Shown here: positions 47,917-58,570 of the stretch, one piece after another
How the letters are laid out: each line of letters opens with the position of its first letter
How positions within the stretch are numbered: the stretch's first letter is position 1
NCBI GenBank assembly: GCA_046080785.1
Contig: JBJTUO010000008.1
Coordinates: forward strand, 12,571-76,570
Source of the DNA: Leptolyngbyaceae cyanobacterium
GTDB taxonomy: Bacteria; Cyanobacteriota; Cyanobacteriia; Leptolyngbyales; Leptolyngbyaceae
Direction of reading: 5' to 3'
DNA: 64,000 nucleotides
Program-made: the position numbers and the translations under genes
Notes under the pieces: model-generated
What the model saw: only the letters and a program-made list of their open reading frames with translations
What the model was told of the DNA's origin: nothing
Database searches by the model: none

Positions 47917-49001
47917 TGCCTATGACCCGTACAGCTTACTACCAATTGGTAGCGTTGATTCTGGCGTTACTGGTGATTACTTTCATCATTGGGCTAGCAG
48001 GCGCTTCCCCCTTTGTTGTCATGATTAGTATGGCCCAGGGAGCATTTGGCACACCAGGCCAGTTTGCCCGGGTCGTAGCAACGATGGTGCCCCTGATTCT
48101 CTGTACCTGTGGGCTACGGTTTACCTTTACGGCTGGGCTTTACAACCTGGGAATCGAAGGCCAGATTACGGCTGGGGCGGTGGCCAGCATGATCCCCATT
48201 CGTCTGTTTCAAGACAATTTGCCCGCTCCGCTGGTGATGCTGATGGCTCTGGTGGCTGGTACAACTGGCGGCATTCTCTGGGGATTGTTGGCGGGCTGGC
48301 TCAAGGTCTATGGTCGAGTCAACGAAATTTTTGCGGGGTTGGGGCTAAACTTTATGGCAGATGGAATGGCACTCTATCTGGTTTTTGGGCCCTGGAAACG
48401 GCCAGGTGTTGCCTCCATGAGCGGCACAGAGCAAATTAATCATGGGTTATGGCTCCCGACTATCGGGAATACGGAAGTCAGTCCAATTTCTCTGACCATT
48501 GCCTTGATGGGCCTGGTGGCCACTCTGATTGTGATCAGAGGCACTCAGTTTGGGCTCCAGTTACGAGCTGTCGGCGGCAATTTAAGGGCGGCCTATGTAT
48601 TGGGCATTCCATCTGTGCATCGACTGTTGAGTGCCTTTGCCATCTGCGGTGGCTTTGCAGGCATGGTCGGAGCATTACAGGTAATGGCCCTGTTTCATCG
48701 ATTGATTCCCAGTATTTCCAGTAGTTTAGGATTTCTAGCCTTACTGATAGCAATGCTGGTAGGAGCAAACACTTGGTTGATTTTACCTGTAACCCTATTC
48801 TTCAGTGCTCTCAATATTGGCAGTTTGCAGCTACCCCTTTCCCTTGACTTAGAGTCGTCTCTAGCCGGTGTGATTCAAGGCATGTTGGTGTTATTTGCCC
48901 TTCTAGGCCGGGGAATCAGTGAAACAGTAACGCCAGCAGTGCTGAAAGACTGGTTGGGATATTTTTCTAAGCCAGCTTTAACAGGGACTGATCAGACATG
49001 A
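47916..49001 (+). CDS. ABC transporter permease
   Basis: The 361-aa polytopic ORF directly abuts the ATPase gene. Candidate starts are the GTG at 47916 and the ATG at 47922. Confidence 0.85.
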   Translation: MPMTRTAYYQLVALILALLVITFIIGLAGASPFVVMISMAQGAFGTPGQFARVVATMVPLILCTCGLRFTFTAGLYNLGIEGQITAGAVASMIPIRLFQDNLPAPLVMLMALVAGTTGGILWGLLAGWLKVYGRVNEIFAGLGLNFMADGMALYLVFGPWKRPGVASMSGTEQINHGLWLPTIGNTEVSPISLTIALMGLVATLIVIRGTQFGLQLRAVGGNLRAAYVLGIPSVHRLLSAFAICGGFAGMVGALQVMALFHRLIPSISSSLGFLALLIAMLVGANTWLILPVTLFFSALNIGSLQLPLSLDLESSLAGVIQGMLVLFALLGRGISETVTPAVLKDWLGYFSKPALTGTDQT

Positions 49002-49333
49002 TGTTATACCATATCACTTCCCAATCGCAGTGGCAGCAAGCCCAACAACTAGGAGATTACCGACCTCCTAGCTTGCAGTCTGAGGGATTTATTCACTGCT
49101 CGACTCGGCAACAAGTACTGTTAACTGCCAACCGTTTCTTTCAACACCAGATAGGTCTTGTTTTACTGGGTATTGACCCCAAGCTGATAGGGGCTATCAT
49201 TCGGGATGACGCAGCAGATGATGACTTTTTTCCCCATATTTACGGCCCATTGAATTTAGATGCCGTTCTCTACGTCTGGCAATTAATACCCGATGCCTGC
49301 GGAACTTTCACAACCCTACCCAAAATTGGATAA
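48998..49333 (+). CDS. DUF952 domain protein
   Basis: The sequence reads LYHITSQSQWQQAQQLGDYRPPSLQSEGFIHCSTRQQV...FPHIYGPLNLDAV. The ATG overlaps the permease stop (ATGA). Confidence 0.8.
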   Translation: MMLYHITSQSQWQQAQQLGDYRPPSLQSEGFIHCSTRQQVLLTANRFFQHQIGLVLLGIDPKLIGAIIRDDAADDDFFPHIYGPLNLDAVLYVWQLIPDACGTFTTLPKIG

Positions 49334-49396
49334 AGGCCACCCAAGAAACACTAGGAATAGTGTTGACGGGGGTGGCCTGTCGTTGAGAAAACTAGA

Positions 49397-50812
49397 CTAA
49401 CTACGACCAACTCCCAAATAGCGGAAGCCCGCAGCTTCTAATGCCGATTGATCGAGGAAGTTACGGCCATCAATCATGACAGGGGTATTCATGAGGCTGG
49501 CCATTTTGCTGTAATTTAACTCTTGAAATTGCTGCCAGTCTGTCACCAGAACTAGGGCATCACAACCATCTGCTAACCGTTCAGGATCGGTTTCCACAAT
49601 TACGTCAGACAATCCATGGCGCAGACCGCTCTGAGAAACAAGTGGATCGTAAGCTTTAACTTTTGTGCCCAATCGACTTAACTGCTCAATGAGAAAGAGG
49701 GCTGGTGCATCTCGCAGGTCATCAGTATCAGGCTTAAAGGTAAGACCCAACAGGCCAACGGTCTTGCCTTTCAAAATTTTGAGTACCTGTTGCAGCTTCT
49801 CAACCAGAATCATGCGCTGGCGTTGGTTGACGCTGATAGCAGATTTTAAGAGTTGGGCTTCATAGCCGTAGTCATCTGCTGTATGCACCAGGGCAGAGAC
49901 ATCTTTCGGGAAACAAGAGCCTCCCCAGCCAATCCCAGCTTGCAAGAACTTATTACCAATGCGGGAGTCGAGACCAATGCCCTTAGCAACCTGAACCACA
50001 TCTGCCCCAACCCGATCGCAGATATTGGCAACTTCATTAATAAAGCTAATTTTGGTGGCTAAGAAGGCATTAGCCGCATACTTAATCATCTCAGCAGAAC
50101 TGAGATCCGTAACCAGCATCGGAACTGGAGCCAGGGTTGGATCCTCAGCAAACTGTCGATTCACGATCGGGGTATAGAGCTCCTGCATCAGGGCAATTGC
50201 CTTCTGGCTGCTGCTGCCGAGTACAATCCGATCGGGGTTAAACGTGTCGTAAATGGCTGAGCCTTCCCGCAAAAATTCCGGATTACTGACGACATCAAAT
50301 TGGGGTTCAGAGGGCAGAGTTGCACGTCGATCGCTTAGGGATCCTGCGCCGACTCCTACCAGAACCGGGCTAGCCACTGCTGCCTGCTGTTCTGCATAGC
50401 CATCCAGTACCAGCATCCTTACCCAATCGCCTGAACCAATTGGCACTGTTGACTTATTCACAATGACTTTGTACTCACCATTCAAGTGAGAGCCGATGCC
50501 ACGGGCAACCGCCTCTACATAGCGGGTATCACTTTCTCCAGTCGGTAGGGCCGGTGTGCCAACAGCGATAAACAAAATTTGCCCGTGTTTGACGCCTGCT
50601 TGCAGGTCAGCAGTAAATTCAATCCGGTTAGCGGCGATGGCAGACTTTAAGATTTCCGTCAAACCGGGTTCAAAAATAGGAGATTGCCCCGATTGCATTA
50701 ATTTGACTTTTTCTTCGTTATTGTCAACACAGATGACGTGGTGGCCGGCGTGAGCCAGACAGGCCCCCGTAACCAATCCCACATAACCGGTGCCGATTAC
50801 ACAAACTCGCAT
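49397..50812 (-). CDS. ugd: UDP-glucose 6-dehydrogenase
   Basis: The NAD-binding N-terminus is MRVCVIGTGYVGLVTGACLA, and the catalytic region is GWGGSCFPKD. Confidence 0.93.
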   Translation of the reverse strand: MRVCVIGTGYVGLVTGACLAHAGHHVICVDNNEEKVKLMQSGQSPIFEPGLTEILKSAIAANRIEFTADLQAGVKHGQILFIAVGTPALPTGESDTRYVEAVARGIGSHLNGEYKVIVNKSTVPIGSGDWVRMLVLDGYAEQQAAVASPVLVGVGAGSLSDRRATLPSEPQFDVVSNPEFLREGSAIYDTFNPDRIVLGSSSQKAIALMQELYTPIVNRQFAEDPTLAPVPMLVTDLSSAEMIKYAANAFLATKISFINEVANICDRVGADVVQVAKGIGLDSRIGNKFLQAGIGWGGSCFPKDVSALVHTADDYGYEAQLLKSAISVNQRQRMILVEKLQQVLKILKGKTVGLLGLTFKPDTDDLRDAPALFLIEQLSRLGTKVKAYDPLVSQSGLRHGLSDVIVETDPERLADGCDALVLVTDWQQFQELNYSKMASLMNTPVMIDGRNFLDQSALEAAGFRYLGVGRS

Positions 50813-50921
50813 AACACTTTCCTCTATGAGTAAGTAAACAGTTGACTTGCTAGATGACTAATGACAAGCAGTCAAATTGAAGTAGCCTGCAACCCTGTTA
50901 GGGACAATTGCCCAACCCAGA

Positions 50922-51884
50922 TTAGGGACGTTCGCTCACCACTAAGGGGGGCTCTACCCCTGTTAAGCGTGCCCTAAAATCTTCAATAGTTCTCTGCACC
51001 CCCTCTTTAACCGGAATAGTTGGCTGCCAGCCTAGCCATTCCCGAGCCCTGGTAATATCTGGCCGACGCCGACGGGGGTCATCCTGGGGCAAGGGTTCAA
51101 ATTTAATTTCCAAACTGGGGTCAATCATTTGCTGGATTAACTGAGCCAATTCCAGAATCGTGTACTCTTCTGGGTTACCCAGATTGACTGGGCCGATTTG
51201 ATCACCATTCATCAGTCGCATTAGGCCATCAACCAGATCGGAGACGTAACAAAAACTGCGAGTCTGGGAACCCTGGCCGTAAACTGTCAGCGGCTTACCC
51301 CGTAATGCTTGGGCGACAAAATTACTGACGACCCTGCCATCGTTTTCTAGCATACGAGGCCCGTAGGTATTAAAAATGCGGGCGACCCTAATTTCAACGT
51401 CGTTTTGTCGGTGGTAGTCAAAGGCTAAGGTTTCAGCAACTCGCTTACCTTCGTCATAGCAACTGCGGATTCCGATTGTATTCACATTCCCCCGATACTC
51501 TTCTGGTTGGGGATGCACTTCCGGATCACCATAGACTTCAGAGGTGGATGCCAATAAAAACCTGGCCTTGATGCGCTTGGCCAACCCCAGCATATTGAGG
51601 GTACCCATGACGTTTGTTTTAATCGTTTTGACCGGGTTGTGTTGATAATGCACAGGGGAGGCGGGGCAAGCCAGATGGTAGATTTGGTCTACTTCGAGTC
51701 GAATCGGCTCTGTGATATCGTGACGGATTAACTCGAAGTAAGGATGATCAAGCCATTTCAGAACGTTGCGCTTATGCCCGGTATAAAAGTTGTCTAAGCA
51801 AATAACTTCATGACCTTCTAACATGAGGCGATCGATCAGATGGGAACCGATAAAACCAGCGCCGCCTGTGACAAGAATTCTCAT
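50922..51884 (-). CDS. UDP-glucuronate decarboxylase (UDP-xylose synthase)
   Basis: Short-chain dehydrogenase/reductase Rossmann motif [14 protein letters not shown] and catalytic motif YDEGKR. The ORF reads as UXS-like along its length. Confidence 0.9.
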   Translation of the reverse strand: MRILVTGGAGFIGSHLIDRLMLEGHEVICLDNFYTGHKRNVLKWLDHPYFELIRHDITEPIRLEVDQIYHLACPASPVHYQHNPVKTIKTNVMGTLNMLGLAKRIKARFLLASTSEVYGDPEVHPQPEEYRGNVNTIGIRSCYDEGKRVAETLAFDYHRQNDVEIRVARIFNTYGPRMLENDGRVVSNFVAQALRGKPLTVYGQGSQTRSFCYVSDLVDGLMRLMNGDQIGPVNLGNPEEYTILELAQLIQQMIDPSLEIKFEPLPQDDPRRRRPDITRAREWLGWQPTIPVKEGVQRTIEDFRARLTGVEPPLVVSERP

Positions 51885-52250
51885 AATTTAGTAACTAAAT
51901 AAGTGAATAAGTTAACCCATGCTGGAAAGGAATTTGCCATGAATTCAGGATGCAGCTAAACTCTCATGCCAGGATGGTGTGAATCTGGCACAAATCCTTA
52001 TAAAAACAGGGTAGCAAAGTCTGATCGTTCTTCATGCCGTAATCTTACTAAATTTACCCACCCTTCAAGGCAGTCGGTTTAGAGTGGCTATTTGCTAAAG
52101 AAAACAGGTTTTATCCTGAGGGCTGACATCCCAAGTCGCTGTTGCTTAGAATAGGGCTAGGAAAAAAATGCATACTAATAGTTTGTTTTCTGTAAATGAT
52201 ATTCAAACTCCTGTAGCGATTAATGGAAGCTATTATTCCTTAAATCTCCT

Positions 52251-53036
52251 ATGAAACCAAATGCTTCTGTTTGGATCGTTGGTGGGGCAGTGTCGATCGC
52301 TGCGGCAGTGGGTATTACCACTGCCATGATGCAAAGGCCCCAATCTCCCCCCACCCCCCCCGCTGGGCTTCTCAGTCCCTCTGCCATCCCTTCGACTTCA
52401 CCAGAAGCCACTCCATCGCCTCAGCCTACGGCTCCTCCGCTGGCTGGCCCAGGGGCGACATCCCTCCCTCAGTCGCAGTCATCCCGCCCACCAGACGCCA
52501 GTTCATCTGAAACTCGGACAGTCGAGGTTTGTGAGACCAATATGGCAATCGTGGCAGACCCGGAACCCCCGTTAAACGTGCGATCTGCTCCTTCAATCGA
52601 AACCGGTCAGGTCGTAGGTCAGTTGCAGAATGGGACAATGGTGATGATCGAGGCTGAGCAAAATGGTTGGTATAAAATTTCATCTCCTCAAACGGGGTGG
52701 ATCGCCAAGCAACGGACTGAAAGCAGGTGTAACGAGAAGGTCGAACGCATTCAGTTTGAGCCCCAGTCCCAGTCAAGCCTGATCCAAGACCGGTTTATTG
52801 GGACGGGGAGCCATTCTTACAAATTTCAAGCCGACAAGGGGCAGGTAATAACGATTACCCGTCTTTCGGGGCCCTTTCCATCGGTGGCAGCTCCGGATGG
52901 TACCTTGCTTCGGCCCTTATCGGATGACAATCAGCCCAACTGGAGTCAGACTCTGCCGCAAACTGGTGCCTACTCTATCCAACTTGACTCCAACTATAAG
53001 GGATATGCTTATCGCTTTCGAGTTGAGATCCAGTAA
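52251..53036 (+). CDS. Membrane-anchored protein with a Pro/Ser-rich linker and a bacterial SH3 domain
   Basis: The N-terminal hydrophobic segment is VWIVGGAVSIAAAVGITTAMM. The SH3b-like region is LNVRSAPSIETGQVVGQLQNGTMVMIEAEQNGWYKISSPQTGWIAK. Confidence 0.65.
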   Translation: MKPNASVWIVGGAVSIAAAVGITTAMMQRPQSPPTPPAGLLSPSAIPSTSPEATPSPQPTAPPLAGPGATSLPQSQSSRPPDASSSETRTVEVCETNMAIVADPEPPLNVRSAPSIETGQVVGQLQNGTMVMIEAEQNGWYKISSPQTGWIAKQRTESRCNEKVERIQFEPQSQSSLIQDRFIGTGSHSYKFQADKGQVITITRLSGPFPSVAAPDGTLLRPLSDDNQPNWSQTLPQTGAYSIQLDSNYKGYAYRFRVEIQ

Positions 53037-53241
53037 GTCGTAGGTAATTACACTGGTTTAAGAACTTATTACAAAAATGCGGGTGTCAGATGAAGTACTG
53101 GCACAATAAAAGAAGATGGTTAAGGGTGTAGCCTGGGCTCGCCTATTAGCCTGTAGGGGTGAGGTTTGGTGTAATTGATTTTAATGAAAGCCGTTCTTAA
53201 ACTATAGTTCCTCATGGCTCTGGGGAAGCAGGGGGTCTCAA

Positions 53242-53754
53242 ATGAAACGATTAGTGTCGGTTCTACTTGCGCTTGGGGTTAGCATAGGGATTGAGCAGAC
53301 TGTTACTGCACAGCAGGCCTCACCTAATTCTGCCCATTCATCTAATTCTGCCCATTCATTGATGGCGAAGCCTACCTTTGTGCAGCAAGCAGCCAATCCA
53401 TTGCCTGCTGCTCGATCGAGACGGGTTAATCCCAGCGATCGCAGCGTCCATCGGTTAGGCGCAACACGACTGGCAGCGGTTACCCCGCGATCGGCCCAAA
53501 ACCTTTGCCAGGTCGGTAATGAAGATATTTGTCTCACGGTACAGGGGCAGCCCCTGATTCCCAATTTCAACAATACTTTGAGATCGCCCCTGTTTAATAG
53601 GAATGGTTTGAGTGGGGGAATCATGGGGCAGAGCCCATCTTACGTTTTTCCTGTAAACGTTAGTCAAGTGTTATTCCCATTAGATTCGGGATCGGCTGGT
53701 TATGATGGGTTGGCTTCAGCTATTGGGTTGTATCTCCAATATGATCTTCCTTGA
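53242..53754 (+). CDS. Secreted hypothetical protein
   Basis: The N-terminus is signal-peptide-like (MKRLVSVLLALGVSIGIEQTVTAQQ). The ORF contains an in-frame 18-bp tandem duplication. An antisense ORF at 53238..53624 competes with it. Confidence 0.45.
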   Translation: MKRLVSVLLALGVSIGIEQTVTAQQASPNSAHSSNSAHSLMAKPTFVQQAANPLPAARSRRVNPSDRSVHRLGATRLAAVTPRSAQNLCQVGNEDICLTVQGQPLIPNFNNTLRSPLFNRNGLSGGIMGQSPSYVFPVNVSQVLFPLDSGSAGYDGLASAIGLYLQYDLP

Positions 53755-53914
53755 CTGCAACTGATAATGCATTCGCCTTGAGGAATATGCCCCCTAAAAA
53801 ACTGTGTCAAATCAGCCTGCTTAAGGTAAGCTGTATCAACTTTGTTTGCACTGATAGAAAATTTCTCTCGGTTCAAGCATTGTTTCATTGATATAGCGCA
53901 GATTTGATACGCCT

Positions 53915-55276
53915 TTGCCAGGAATGACTTCATCAAGTATTCGGTATCGCCCATCCCTGCTGGAGCAAGCCCAGGCGGGAAACTTTCGTGCGATCGCGCT
54001 TTGGATCAGCACGTCGCTCAGCCCCTATGGAATTAGTGTCAGTGCCACAAAGAGTCGATCAGGCCGCTTGACCCTCTGGCTTAACTTTCGTCGGCCCTTG
54101 CCGATGAGGCGATTTACCGATCGTTTGCGCCATCGACTGGTGCGCTTCATCTGCTATCGCCTCTGGACTCTCAATTCTGGGTCGATTTACCATGTGCGGA
54201 TTGTGGCTCGTATGGCAGGGGAAGCAGATATCCTCTGGCAACAGTCCGTTCGGATTAACACCCCCGCGATCACTAAGCGAGTTCGTCGCCCCCCTCCTGC
54301 ACCCCGGCAGCGAGAACTAGCTCAACTGATGTTTCAGTTGGTGCGGTCGTTGTTTGTCAATCAAGTCGCGATCGCGGGCTTTTTCTTAAGTTATTGGGCT
54401 ATATACTTGCAAATTTCAGGGCGTCCAACACTAGAGCCCCCGGTCGAAGCATCAGGGTCCTCAGCGCATCATGCTGGGGCTGACCGGGCGGTTCTCACTG
54501 GTAGTCAACCCATGGGCAATATCCCCCTGACCCATGCCCTGAACTTTCAGCCAGACGCTGCTGTTACAGGCAATCTGGATTTTCCTGCGAATCCATCCGC
54601 TAACGTCATGCCGCCCGAACTGTTTCAGGGTAAAGTTTTGCGGCAGGTAGCGCTGGCCCATTCCGAAAAACTGGTGGCGCTCACCTTTGATGATGGCCCT
54701 TGGCCAGAAACCACAGAAAAAGTTTTAGAGATTCTCAGCCAATTTAATGTCAAAGCCACTTTTTTTATGGTCGGTCTGCATGTGCAAAACCACCCTGACA
54801 TTGCTCAAAAAGTAGCAACAGCGGGTCATGCCATTGGTAATCACACCTGGCGCCATCGATTAGAGAATTTAGATCAGCTAACCGCCGTAGAAGAAATTAA
54901 CAATGGGGCCCGTCTAATCTACGAGGCTACGGGTGTGCGCACCCATTTATTTCGACCGCCAGGCGGCAATCTCTCAGGGGAACTGGTGCCCTATGCTCAA
55001 CGGAGCAATTATGCGACGCTGCTGTGGTCTGCTGATTCACAAGACTATTTTGCCTCAGCACCTCTGATCATTGATAATGTCTTAAAAGATGTAAAGCCGG
55101 GTGGTATTGTATTGCTGCATGATGGAGGGGGGGATCGAATGGCCACTGTAGAGGCGCTCCCCCAAATCCTCACAGCGTTAAAGCGCCAAGGCTATCAGTT
55201 TGTTACAGTTCCCCAATTACTGGAAATCAAAGCTCGACAGGAACAACAATTGGCAGCAAAGCGCACCTCAATTTAG
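53915..55276 (+). CDS. Polysaccharide deacetylase (NodB homology domain) family protein
   Basis: The C-terminal half reads VALTFDDGPWPETTEKVLEILSQFNVKATFFMVG...GHAIGNHTWRH...LFRPPGG. Confidence 0.85.
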   Translation: MPGMTSSSIRYRPSLLEQAQAGNFRAIALWISTSLSPYGISVSATKSRSGRLTLWLNFRRPLPMRRFTDRLRHRLVRFICYRLWTLNSGSIYHVRIVARMAGEADILWQQSVRINTPAITKRVRRPPPAPRQRELAQLMFQLVRSLFVNQVAIAGFFLSYWAIYLQISGRPTLEPPVEASGSSAHHAGADRAVLTGSQPMGNIPLTHALNFQPDAAVTGNLDFPANPSANVMPPELFQGKVLRQVALAHSEKLVALTFDDGPWPETTEKVLEILSQFNVKATFFMVGLHVQNHPDIAQKVATAGHAIGNHTWRHRLENLDQLTAVEEINNGARLIYEATGVRTHLFRPPGGNLSGELVPYAQRSNYATLLWSADSQDYFASAPLIIDNVLKDVKPGGIVLLHDGGGDRMATVEALPQILTALKRQGYQFVTVPQLLEIKARQEQQLAAKRTSI

Positions 55277-55525
55277 AGCAGGAGAATGGCAACACTTAGC
55301 TACCACCGCAAGGCAAGACAAAAAGGAACTATGTTTAATCTGTCCCGCTTTAAGAGCATACCCCAACATTCTAAGAAGGACGGACGAAGCAGGAAACCCT
55401 CAGGAGCGATCTTGGGAAGCCAGCACTGCACCCATTAGGGTCGGTGACTGGAGGATGTCACGCGGATACCCTCAAGATAGTAGACTGACGAAAGAGTAAC
55501 ATACTAGAACACGAGACAACCGGTT

Positions 55526-56242
55526 ATGACAGCAGGCATTGACCCAGTGAATTTGATGAAACAACAGGTTGGAACGGCAGCGGCGGCACTCGTCCAATCT
55601 GGATCGATTGTAGGGTTGGGTACCGGGTCAACAACCGCCTTTGCCATTCAGGCCTTGGGCGATCGCTTGAAAGCGGGGAACCTGAGAGATATTCAGGGGG
55701 TACCCACTTCATTTCAAGCGATTGTGCTGGCCCGCCAAAACCAAATTCCGCTGGTGAGTCTGGATGAAATCGGGCGGATTGACATTGCGATTGATGGTGC
55801 CGATGAAGTCGATCCCAACAAGAACCTGATTAAAGGCGGCGGTGCGGCCCATACCCAGGAAAAGATCGTGGATAGTATGGCAGATCAGTTTATTGTGGTT
55901 GTGGATGGCGGCAAACTGGTGAATAAGCTGGGTACCACTTTTTTGTTGCCAGTGGAGGTGATTCCCATGGCAGCAGTGCCGGTGATGCAAGCGATCGTCC
56001 AACTGGGGGGCAAGCCCGAATTGCGCATGGGCGTGAAAAAAGCCGGGCCAGTTGTGACCGATCAAGGCAATCTGGTGATCGACGTCAAGTTTGATGACGG
56101 CATTGATCACCCCGCCGAGTTGGAAATGACCTTAAACAATATTCCTGGTGTTCTGGAAAATGGCCTGTTTATTGGGGTCGCCAGCCGGATTATGGTCGGC
56201 GAAATTAAGGATGGTCAACCTATCGTACGAGAAATTTTTTAA
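55526..56242 (+). CDS. rpiA: Ribose-5-phosphate isomerase A
   Basis: The sequence reads [17 protein letters not shown]...[31 protein letters not shown]. Confidence 0.93.
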   Translation: MTAGIDPVNLMKQQVGTAAAALVQSGSIVGLGTGSTTAFAIQALGDRLKAGNLRDIQGVPTSFQAIVLARQNQIPLVSLDEIGRIDIAIDGADEVDPNKNLIKGGGAAHTQEKIVDSMADQFIVVVDGGKLVNKLGTTFLLPVEVIPMAAVPVMQAIVQLGGKPELRMGVKKAGPVVTDQGNLVIDVKFDDGIDHPAELEMTLNNIPGVLENGLFIGVASRIMVGEIKDGQPIVREIF

Positions 56243-56258
56243 AGTAATTTGATTTACC

Positions 56259-57455
56259 ATGACCTTCGCCGCTCCTGCCCATAAAAAAGCCAAAGCACTG
56301 AAACCGACCAGCCGTCGCCCTGCTAAAGAGCTGTGTAGTGAATGTGGCCTCTGCGATACCTATTACATTCACTACGTGAAGCAAGCCTGTGCCTTTATGA
56401 CTCAGCATATTGCCGAATTAGAAGCAGAGGCCCATGGGCGTAGTCGGGATTTGCAAAACTCGGATGACTGCTATTTTGGGGTACATCAAGAGATGATGGC
56501 TGCGCGCAAGCAGGAGCCAATCCCAGGTGCCCAGTGGACTGGTATCGTCAGCACCATCGCCTGCGAGATGCTGAACCAGGGGGTGGTGGAGGGGGTCATC
56601 TGCGTCCAAAACAGTGAGGACGATCGGTTTCAACCCAAGCCAGTGCTGGCTCGCACCCCGGCAGAGATTCTGGCGGCCCGGGTAAATAAGCCCACCCTGT
56701 CGCCCAACCTATCTGTCCTGGAACAGGTAGAACAATCTGGCCTGAAACGCTTGCTGGTGATTGGTGTGGGTTGCCAGATTCAGGCATTGCGGACCGTGGA
56801 GAAGCAACTGGGGTTGGAAAAACTCTACGTGCTGGGCACCCCCTGTGTCGATAACGTCACTCGCGCTGGCTTACAAAAGTTTTTAGAAACCACCAGCCGA
56901 TCGCCAGAAACTGTGGTGCACTACGAATTCATGCAGGATTTTCGGGTGCACTTCAAACATGAAGATGGTTCAGAAGAGACCGTCCCTTTCTTTGGGTTAA
57001 AGACGAACCAACTGAAAGATGTGTTTGCTCCTTCCTGCATGACCTGCTTTGACTACGTTAACTCCCTGGCTGATTTGGTGGTGGGCTATATGGGGGCACC
57101 CTTTGGCTGGCAGTGGATCGTAGTACGCAACGATCGCGGCCGCGAAATGCTAAATCTGGTGCAGGATCAGATTGACACCCAACCGGTGATGACTCAAGGC
57201 GATCGCAAAGCAGCGGTGCAACAGAGCATTCCCGCCTATGACAAGGCAGTGACCCTGCCCATGTGGGCAGCGCGACTAATGGGGGTGGTGATTGACAAGA
57301 TTGGCCCCAAGGGGTTGGAGTATGCCCGCTTTTCGATCGACTCCCACTTCACTCGCAATTACCTCTATGTCGAACGCAACTACCCCGAAAAGCTGGAAGC
57401 CCACGTACCAGCCTATGCCAAACGCATTGTCAGCCAGTATAAGCTGCCTGATTAA
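56259..57455 (+). CDS. bciB: FrhB-family (F420 hydrogenase beta-like) Fe-S flavoprotein, probably the ferredoxin-dependent 3,8-divinyl (proto)chlorophyllide 8-vinyl reductase
   Basis: The 398-aa ORF reads KELCSECGLCDTYYIHYVKQACAF...LLVIGVGCQIQALR...LYVLGTPCVDN, matching my recollection of slr1923-type BciB and plant HCAR homologues. Confidence 0.7.
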   Translation: MTFAAPAHKKAKALKPTSRRPAKELCSECGLCDTYYIHYVKQACAFMTQHIAELEAEAHGRSRDLQNSDDCYFGVHQEMMAARKQEPIPGAQWTGIVSTIACEMLNQGVVEGVICVQNSEDDRFQPKPVLARTPAEILAARVNKPTLSPNLSVLEQVEQSGLKRLLVIGVGCQIQALRTVEKQLGLEKLYVLGTPCVDNVTRAGLQKFLETTSRSPETVVHYEFMQDFRVHFKHEDGSEETVPFFGLKTNQLKDVFAPSCMTCFDYVNSLADLVVGYMGAPFGWQWIVVRNDRGREMLNLVQDQIDTQPVMTQGDRKAAVQQSIPAYDKAVTLPMWAARLMGVVIDKIGPKGLEYARFSIDSHFTRNYLYVERNYPEKLEAHVPAYAKRIVSQYKLPD

Positions 57456-57739
57456 AACTAGCCTTGGGCTGTTTCCAGGCAGAGGCTGTTTGAAATGCCT
57501 GTCACTCTGACGACTGAGGTCACGGCCATACAGAGCAAGCCTGCGGACGCAGGTTACTGAAAACCTTGATTTTTTAAGCCCGTTTTGGCACACAGGGAAA
57601 TGGACATGAAGATCTCTCGTTTTAGAGCTTAGAGATCCCTCAGAATTGTCCAATCGATTGGGTCTACTTCAAAGTTTGGGAATTCCTCAAGCCCTGTCTT
57701 ATATGCTGAGTCACGAAAACGGGAAAAAAAACCTATGGA

Positions 57740-58522
57740 TTGGGCCGCTTCTTTTCGAGTTTGTATGATCATCCAGTGGCGGGATTGGCCTTCTTTTGCT
57801 TATCACTCGTCAGTGTCGAGCAGCGGCAATCCCATCCAGTTCGACTTGAACAACTGATTCGCCCTGAGGCCAAAGCCAAGCCAGGGGACAAAGCGTTGGG
57901 ATCTACAGGGACAAGCACTGATGCCAAACCCGCGCCATCCAAGCGCAAGCCAGGCCGCCCCAAAGGCTCCAAAAATAAAGCCAAAACCGAGGTCTGTCTA
58001 AATGCAGAACTGCGGTTGATCAAGGGGGCGATCTTGGCATTACTGAGCCTGATAGCGGGACTTCTGCCGATTCGCTACCTCCTCCTAGATGGGCAATTTG
58101 GCAACAATCATGCCCTGCAAATGGCGCGCCAGTGTTATCTGCACCTGATTTCGAAGCTCCGCTATGATATCCAACTGTTCCTCCCTTATCAGGGGCCCGA
58201 CAGTCGGCGCAAATATGCAGAACGCCTGAATCCCAGACAAATGCCTCCAGAGTATCGGGTAGCCTCCTCCATTGAGGACGGCATCCGCACCGATATTTAT
58301 CAACTAACTGCCCTCAACCCTTCTTTTGGATGCCCGCTCAACGTGGTCGTCATTCTGAAAACTCATCTCAAAACCCAGCAGCAACTCCACGTCATTTTAT
58401 TCTCCAGCGACCTAGAATTGTCTTATGACAAACTCATAGACTATTACTCACTGAGGTTCCAAATCGAGATCTTCCAGCCTCAGTGCCCCAATCGATTGAT
58501 GATGAGGCAGTTTCGGCGTTGA
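57740..58522 (+). pseudogene. IS4-like DDE transposase fragment, 3'-truncated
   Basis: A basic patch (KRKPGRPKGSKNK) is followed by LLLDGQFGNNHALQMA. The ORF ends at YYSLRFQIE (the Y-x-x-R-x-x-x-E region near 58468) and then runs into unrelated sequence. The N-terminal part also looks frameshifted. Confidence 0.6.
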
Positions 58523-58570
58523 CTGTTTTTGGGGGGACATCAGAACACTCCTTGCAACAGTTTAAGGGAA

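Noticed and set aside
55343-55408. A glutamine-riboswitch (glnA RNA)-like string, GGACGGAcgAAGcAGGaaaCCCTcAGGAGCG, lies upstream of rpiA.
   Set aside because: It resembles my memory of the GGACGGAAGUAGG...GAAGGAACG core, but it has insertions. The P2 helix cannot be formed from the upstream sequence, P1 needs two G-U pairs, and the downstream gene (rpiA) is not a known target.
57619-57629. GTTTTAGAGCT is identical to the first 11 nt of the type II-A (SpCas9) CRISPR repeat.
   Set aside because: It is a single occurrence inside a local hairpin. There is no repeat-spacer periodicity and there are no cas genes anywhere in the window.
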